Shown: piece by piece, positions 63,601-64,000 of the stretch
Layout: the number at the start of each line of letters is the position of its first letter
How positions within the stretch are numbered: position 1 is the stretch's first letter
Assembly (NCBI GenBank): GCA_964566255.1
Contig: CAZMID010000003.1
Location: 5,145-69,144, forward strand
DNA length: 64,000 bases
DNA from: an uncultured Planctomycetia bacterium
GTDB lineage: Bacteria > Omnitrophota > Gorgyraeia > Gorgyraeales > Gorgyraeaceae
Direction of reading: 5' to 3'
Program-made: the position numbers and the translations under genes
Notes under the pieces: model-generated
Seen by the model: only the letters and a program-made list of their open reading frames with translations
Database searches by the model: none
Told to the model about the DNA's origin: nothing

Positions 63601-64000
63601 ATCAATCCTCCTATCCTATACTTTACAAAGAAAGCAACTATTGGAGCTGTCTGGACTAGTTGCCACCCGAATAACAACGCGAATGGTGCGCTCCATATTA
63701 AGCTTATTAGGCCTCCTGGAGTCATAGCAAGTAATACATTTAATGCAATAACAAAGGCTGCTGTGCCTATTTTCAGTAACTTGCGGCTTTGGGTGCCTTG
63801 TGCAAATACATGAGGAAATGTATATTGTCTATAACCATCAGCTTTGTATTTAGCTTTCAAATATTTACGTATAGGATCAAGAATGATGTTGTCTCTATTG
63901 TCTTCCTTTGTTTTCTTAATATCTTTGGAGTCCTCTTTCCTGTTTACTATATCTTTCCTTACATCAACAAGTAATCCTCTAAGATCTAATTCAGGTCTTT
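45678..64000 (-). CDS. giant multidomain membrane protein (>6100 aa, 5'-partial)
   Basis: 6060-aa ORF; the frame has no stop from TTG 63860 to the window end, so the true start lies outside the window; many recognisable domains. Confidence 0.92.
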   Translation of the reverse strand, partial: RPELDLRGLLVDVRKDIVNRKEDSKDIKKTKEDNRDNIILDPIRKYLKAKYKADGYRQYTFPHVFAQGTQSRKLLKIGTAAFVIALNVLLAMTPGGLISLIWSAPFALLFGWQLVQTAPIVAFFVKYRIGGLIDIYEASKEYIGRTDPQAQERISEKVRFFKILATLWVGTFAVLTVLCVLYSWGVLPLIGLGIGSIILFLNAMVSLRSWWHLLSEAVIHALEKQGHWKDINSYNQIKQSDIEKIKNDPYLTDVYHEILINETLLKYRMITEEEAQGLREALGKGKALSDAADIQNPRAKKKIVEFFNKVNLYSKEEFQDIKEFIRTNPGQLLRVITKVTSWKQFAVVTRISLDDDTPHPEGKGGGDIKTPFRIIKEAYRGDWLSYLDYLAGLGNLTGDAKKAFIKKFSDPYMSFEDTLEGMLEYGILPLGHDGDNPMSARYDFNAMSRDTILQNLEIELKHITNPDRAMLSEKYNTDFGAGDFSSIQDDEVLRKLLIEIMLSRQIIHQWVLFRVDNVEKTVRTAHESSLVAYRIFLKHVMELDRNPTDEEILEYYQGMFSYQVELAGKVNGPVMMEDLKELGWQEGSWVKEGEGAGEGCPERHLATIAGFGVPPDSEFHSGWGYKVDNWTHALRHLAGEKDAVIFNTDWEHTIFPVDVFMLPFVAWDFTQRPDLGIVGTDLRDADQGMTPTAKDQEIAEDVFNTRLIPSETRTGTPAMYGPGIVRLSAMRDFGVPASKIEDSMTAQEILKAGYKADYAPGITMGRGREKTQGGMPSFVNRFGGLIIDNNISIHFQQLLKSKIMHWAEKFTLLANDDHYINQVIIPRYNLMIYSFAFFVSFTPFAYLSIPLLFISMQYVFAQAIAAGGVRKLVKEYGFLKGYGLYLMRFWSLVLTFLSLVPNDAQKTIDALGGNSGVFIGGAKDVKYSTESFASLYGKFRESIKWGVLLLNIFLVAPMHPWGVIAQFFFYVFPFALILGPFMHNGFSVKDSFRYGLKPFKARLKILEGKKKAFVDYVDLVTSLPILNISIIKALIHFLVAIPYFIIADLFWENLIKGFIWNNLKTILLRESTVKTFAPTDHTVKYSDLEGNFVDSLEARLDLSQAKGQRFTPTGSEAGDLAAFLNDSLDLIENLVKNDTKLSIYLQDLLNSQDNRAPPIVIRVNSKLPINTVRYYNSKTEQVEIILGEEFIRALLASNNIYPEATRIILAERLFHELGHNNTVGTEQEERQEEHDLILQDLKLHQLLINLNKQRQVAGYLKEVNPAFKSGYYFRDFIEGQLIPVINNPNELNRRIENYLSKVSHCIAGIAETQIRPTASEIEFLHSKAKEIGVEDMLEDVVFSDEPGDPIMAIRFILNRKNGKIKRRILQIHPVFLRGVFNNQDNESYITILKALLLKEYGHFTEREYEDLLQLAYLKDEYMANPDDMEAAKRLAAMQLYYEGDKYKLFYEYLISNGIDIDAIDNLIGKEKSEFLRSMLIGLKAIVEDFKKSGYLTIAIDLSKGFGHYIGDSLNKAMSDIEFRVMLKVKIDEKNKEMLRNLFKTLKVKDRSVKEVALELGRVERGINKFETYNSRLKGRTITKYKGKPFDSVAHFGRGEKIDKHGNLLAFSGFTCVAPVGQENKLSRLLIDLQDELKRKGLGDSVKFLRPETFHMTICDVDPSEKYDCAKTGVTREQYEERLEQLRNSFEDIGTPGKIKVLIGEIGLKRTISVLVRFSEPEELNRVLDLNQAINKHTSTSRRNFLGHISIGYIHKEPEDYERFLEILEECQDIAKGEFELDELNFVYFSNADDYSPLLIKDLNTGEIKETINQNVVGKLGKEKSSVSLIGSLTSFFAGLITFFAPSFIAYGASSDIPIVATIGIALLSLPGLIAVTFYLLQTSLIAFVNIIHYFVKRGVIRGPDFGLIEEFASSKDDSTSKDPSYVSPDGTLYVNKDLMKLIPKWFQKKLLTHEQAHLEDIAHDKKPSEIKAYISPIKSILNRVIRNRSTFNSVKLEREDLNSTEVLFVSPKKKTFSGNEQAGRKNGLTLSSPTFGEVASLTASVVIVFLMGVSTSIASEKTIKGIGNWLENNVADNTKVILSFQVPGDRLESIWEESENVHERTVLKEGLVIYDGGVAQIFQALTGDLRPAKLLVDVMWRGTLGDLRELHASKSPFVYSDKGRSKISYWKGERGFRFKIINAFGHWKLKDPLAGNTVEWSQWQPVAGENAWAGVLGPLQIYFKENGKEYLPDAIEMQLAEETARAAIFLQAENGGIRMAPKGTWSPQEPGKNPFRYKWMYDEISTENNLSWYAAFRMLYEITGKTTYKKAMDNVAGYLKLSFDSERGVFNQGMHYDEDKGEWIVNPIFATDCQTWAIDVLGADIIDKWFGDGTSYRLWKESKELAGIFDDNGNIIAVDFTDRGDNGIKSVEWTAGAIEACAILADYYSKSHPDWAEECEKDAVTMYAHMKTMAVQIGEEIAYPYANRRAPTGHGWFAAGGVLSTASTAWMGLVELGFNPFSLGAREIPGLIRVTEKAAENIVKPKTRKVIKFPIQEEKTAPKPKKEIKLKIDVEAIAWGISGSWPGGDAYSCWVDGLFDLSDAKSLRITFPRNQSGTNIFVRLLKDKAMGAADIGRSPKKYTIPENGMVEIPISDFPVSKATLKNIEQISVHSGSKAWYSPLDQGENKRAQFNKIEKVKEVELHGSLTPQELEEKTLSRNTPIEEIMARYHVPLVDKISSAIKSEKTEKVAVSGILSIGILTIIFTHFGLPGLIALGLLAIGSIFIRNSFKQGNSSLFSISIRPENRRRIGSRISLKKLMSVLFVGFLVFVPLSPHFTNEGFVASNVAYGANSGTRLEDYSFENEIRRGVEDTWDDERTYSTLKRHFGSLEKFTAFTWFMILQESYIKGSVRVMATSHKDAKGAMQIRSTPDNPSTDTWKDIREDLGVNWTDGDVYVPYKNTRGGTHYFAMLLERFESIRLAVGGYNAGPHRIEEYGNNIPPFRETQRYVKIIMSNYEDYIDRVVVKHSTELDKASFLEKVPLRKYFEEIVKETYKLCKFDNINDGQLDAVRRGLDLSWYIARARSEQDSIYVHDRIAELDQIVFRATYINKAKKAIEKASIALKDIKNLDVKILREAHRLAMAVEENVIGGLLEYDDRVVGFRKSYESLRAAANGYTNGQIGILEKALQYIEKTEDLDLNKAEEALKRAEKAVDNIVFEEGKRFYYTVRLGKAKEKLEAVRSGTENVKGSQDIKRDSEFHGQRIDKDQDRPNQQQKEKLSLVTTGSFRKLSIAASILAAIFLPGTLFAAVGKAGVLIASPLLGPLGITIALILTTLLIVKWVGRERDETLSSSEPVGGAVPLILPNKQTFQSVKLKKRRHLSNVPARDFLSQKGEMFSKVIEPIYNSATVLPLFQRPIIKIKKERVIRMQLGKTGGLWIDGTKRARFSKRANALVEVTMMGDFVDKVKFLEDDLVVEFSQIWNNKTGQLIETFYDSYGRSKFSKLEDVTIKRFYLRDGGELHIGGKRWARFSLYQNEEVEFIVRKGLPREVKFIKDGIIRKFSILVDLNKRKEVDSFIGMKKERLAGLRKAVIKHHHLDGDGNLHLGGRNWANFSKFPKHDDVKAYVINGIVVKARLIKEGKIFLAKDLSLILDTKRNIIDSFEKFPQKRLLELKDNIILHQLGGAGELEIGIYWTKFSNYANEWVEVEFKNGLPKTIKFLKDAKIISLEVSTKDTGKIKVKRQIEAEDSRISKPRLIKEKKKQLIKPLIEMPPIPNAVLKEELRELLLENSFSMDFSKKITNSIFNFYQSSELHLESLKNFTRNRFLTRSDVKKIVSGHWREEGMTRFVSRLKEERKIFKDNAFTELYYSWMLYRGLTYESYLGLKEKYNATKSLIFKACKTDHMERYLAKHALSKKRRLENSQFLVDSLINIGIEKKVAKDLIGKLTNKKITREREEFLKKNFMENYLLSANSWKILRNPGNYTLYKVEKFFDIEGFGAGVKKAIEEFKQGDETVKPFIENHVHMLLLKGFTFTAFKELMEKYGVSRSTLIHVIKKYADFERVLKKISYNSKRISATYKLPISLITVLIKDGFEIGDFEALSDNISDLATKYNLPKYIICDLIRYNGNSIEKKIQDLLKLARIKGLPPVITFHLFIESNLDEVEINKKIKEIAEAYQGLLMRKEIEVSEFREQIDSFRDSIDSAMTLEEIKALLEELEELKSFRFSMKLDQFAKNTKYWIQKAVLCTLDSESQFGYRPIYHDLKVQEASGIILDSRKSLQALKDDFTNIWNKNVTYRYETMLLAKLAKRKKVLTKGIKQSLKACLNERLKKTLYNLDGFTSERFIDDFVNLLFTWKEKERNPKIKRMARNNILTETQSRLLLDDDYEDFEDSFDFDSLATSLEEEINKLYNLLGFRSQLVRKGLLRGFSYEAIQALLKEYPDVNRRGFKGIFEARDPERYILVHYGPTRQQVDKAEVIFEDYKKKGIGEIWHYEDNHKLSIEEEEALIILILNANLKSDDERAENLGKEANRILIESHLYIANIIAKQYIKWYGSPYLNYKHDFKDMVNAGVVALYDAAQKTRLRYSQYGRFSSYTPHFIRTACLEYIRLKKPMPLPPHMQGKIKKLKRAMNSLKIYSVAEIFEKDIERLAEYMGVRPQTVREYVIGLLSQEHPVYLSNFKYRESDSDSESLENFITDPDSLELEDQLLDKIDREEKLESALLQLSPLEREILIYSIIQERPLEDIALDLELEVDKIGQIKEKALLKLRKLMGAPERPYKADTSRSKSLKQSTISNSVILRSSIIPLIIVGLIIGFKSPEAIQFILQWFQAASPINNLPDVIYAGIGGLNPIFSMMISFLLLLSISCSSIIYKINPFSHQSVVYKSEDQQKEYMKDFFRKYLGCSEGKAELIVEELFKDKDIDFYSLVKSSGASDYDLLRKFPNDLWLSIQENDYLSNGQPKPVIRHLVNALIDKDEDIFELLQSVGLSDETKKQKVEKDLLLAANAQLFYMLLNLAGIDKEKVFEITQERVAGYYYESSKNGYMPMLLNNIGRVYLEKCRFEEAARILERVTNLNKKYGEAWYNLGCAYYAIDCKELKSFSKAIGALEEAIKSKSNAVDAYYKLGSIYYTKSGIDEKNLNKAIVHWAIALNKARKEKREKEILDSIPKHIRNEVESRSYFIFGASNISEEFNSSALPQTAFVGKTVIRKPDVSGTDEIEKYIARINEFKFLINSLNPLITKAMEKLIQKVTELKDRRFIPHLKKLMEGVNLEVAEEARQALLTLSSELDIEISDIPQGSFLDEPDQKDIEKRKKIVEEDNIAFVDYRTGKFLDKWEGSINNNDFYEFLDSLLEEHGLVLVEGRKIPGGRKMKFSLNGDTSWIVRTPGEKTRILIQRIKIGEGKTKNVRDVIRFVSDIDGRGKKVYEEIFNEAGDLHETFPHKNRKIELTDTYIVIGGTTDEGGNFFYIKAYVSSFKKDNLILWRKGKDNYVTGAFGISSILNPEAKKDEFVTVDVELEDKDEFIGSFSTQARGKISSKFKKLTNRSIIRVRGLKVGDNRRAIFFFNDDYIVDEDFSPGTETVAWFVKVNEEKDGNIEEKFYLLKYAKLDDYIKRRGYCKMYEYNRIYNDEGKIVFTYNEVMPEFSEIKKITKGNIRIEYSEPLKKSGYIRYVKSFKKKHYYVKIFKRERVVLWTKNGIPWVVMRLKDWQDGNPNAKIVLLTEDNSKFRPHKIVGLRKLLNSNDELHKKIARLIQERCLESGNVSLTFLAVSRDYKTVIEKLIEKYKYHIPSNKRKRLSNSLGLRLSKYTESHIQGTPAQILFEAERLVVTSIINAGGFKLDLLLTIGLKDIEYGNDSFLFDRMVDDSLYKIEDSNNGQDDYVDNDGFEDDLRDQMLAEAFSEVLDDTDPSFNNGNSFAAHIQGVLERLYGPSKTIRPMAKGLDIGELMKKESGINRDLLLELQGLKSLYPQLTVKTTLDEKVGLIDVDNIDISEDICMFLKGIANIVNEKGILSISTERKEDIITITTSIIGLNRPNNAISSFISILSSRATALKKDFIGKPNFNSSDSDVKITIKLPIDLLTETEYDAEDLHEERMNVPIYSDTGNMTFKRQPRTIGASL
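48590..48910 (-). other. domain: TPR repeats
   Basis: LLNNIGRVY, EAWYNLGCAY, DAYYKLGSIY. Confidence 0.85.
49728..50555 (-). other. domain: sigma-70 factor (regions 1.2-4)
   Basis: LSIEEE, LIESHLYIA..IAKQY, DMVNAGVVALYDAA, RFSSYTPHFIR, LSPLEREIL, QIKEKALLKLR. Confidence 0.85.
52870..53780 (-). repeat. four tandem 83-85-aa protein repeats
   Basis: L..xG.L.IGG..WA.FS....VE....G....KF.KD units starting at 53762, 53510, 53261, 53006. Confidence 0.85.
55000..55470 (-). other. domain: lytic transglycosylase (SLT/GH23)
   Basis: ILQES, SHKDAKGAMQI, YNAGP, PPFRETQRYV. Confidence 0.9.
55960..56340 (-). other. domain: CBM-like beta-sandwich
   Basis: FDLSDAKSLRITF, VEIPISDF, IEQISVH; similar to the CBM lipoprotein at 37561. 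Confidence 0.45.
56490..57820 (-). other. domain: six-hairpin (alpha/alpha)6 glycosidase-like
   Basis: YDGGVA, GENAW, STENN, DCQTW, SVEWT, STASTAW; Trp/acidic-rich. Confidence 0.55.
58600..59230 (-). other. domain: 2H phosphoesterase (DUF1868-like)
   Basis: paired FHMTI and GHISIGY motifs. Confidence 0.75.
60800..63860 (-). other. domain: FKS1/callose synthase (GT48)-like beta-1,3-glucan synthase module
   Basis: ordered motifs AKKKIVEFF, QWVLFR, GYKVDNWTHAL, YGPG, IEDS, MGRGRE, FASLYGKF, LGPF plus TM clusters. Confidence 0.72.

Noticed and set aside
63858-63860. TTG start assigned to the giant ORF
   Set aside because: No SD, and the frame stays open to base 64000; the real start is outside the window
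112-63974. Numerous 60-205-aa ORFs antisense or out of frame to long genes (e.g. 28678-29295, 25615-26085)
   Set aside because: Shadow ORFs of well-supported genes with no recognisable motifs

Overview
Low-GC bacterial chromosomal window with almost all genes on the minus strand. Gene content (MOMP-like porins, LptE/BamD, a giant multidomain gene) suggests a PVC-superphylum diderm, most likely Ca. Omnitrophota; this is an inference. 1-21.6 kb is housekeeping: rpsT, holA, lptE, bamD, comEC, leuS, tRNA-Ala(GGC), tRNA-Leu(CAA), accA, an L,D-transpeptidase, two Chlamydia-MOMP-like porins, a hybrid kinase, folE, mnmE, folC, purH and a ychF-like gene. 21.6-45.6 kb holds an unusual TonB-TolC/MFP/double-RND exporter (one RND carries a C-terminal winged helix), a ROK regulator, a TPR-beta-barrel, two clan GH-A hydrolases, a CBM lipoprotein, sugar ABC and MFS transporters, and a PilZ protein. 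45.7-64 kb is a giant ORF of more than 6100 aa that is still open at the window edge. It contains a module with the ordered motifs of eukaryotic FKS1/callose (GT48) beta-1,3-glucan synthases, HExxH modules, a 2H phosphoesterase, a six-hairpin GH plus CBM, a lytic transglycosylase, ~84-aa repeats, a complete sigma-70 domain and TPRs. Best candidate novel system: a c-di-GMP-linked bacterial beta-1,3-glucan synthesis/remodelling/transport locus built around a giant membrane polyprotein. All family assignments come from motif recognition by eye and from memory; no searches were run. Domain boundaries are approximate.
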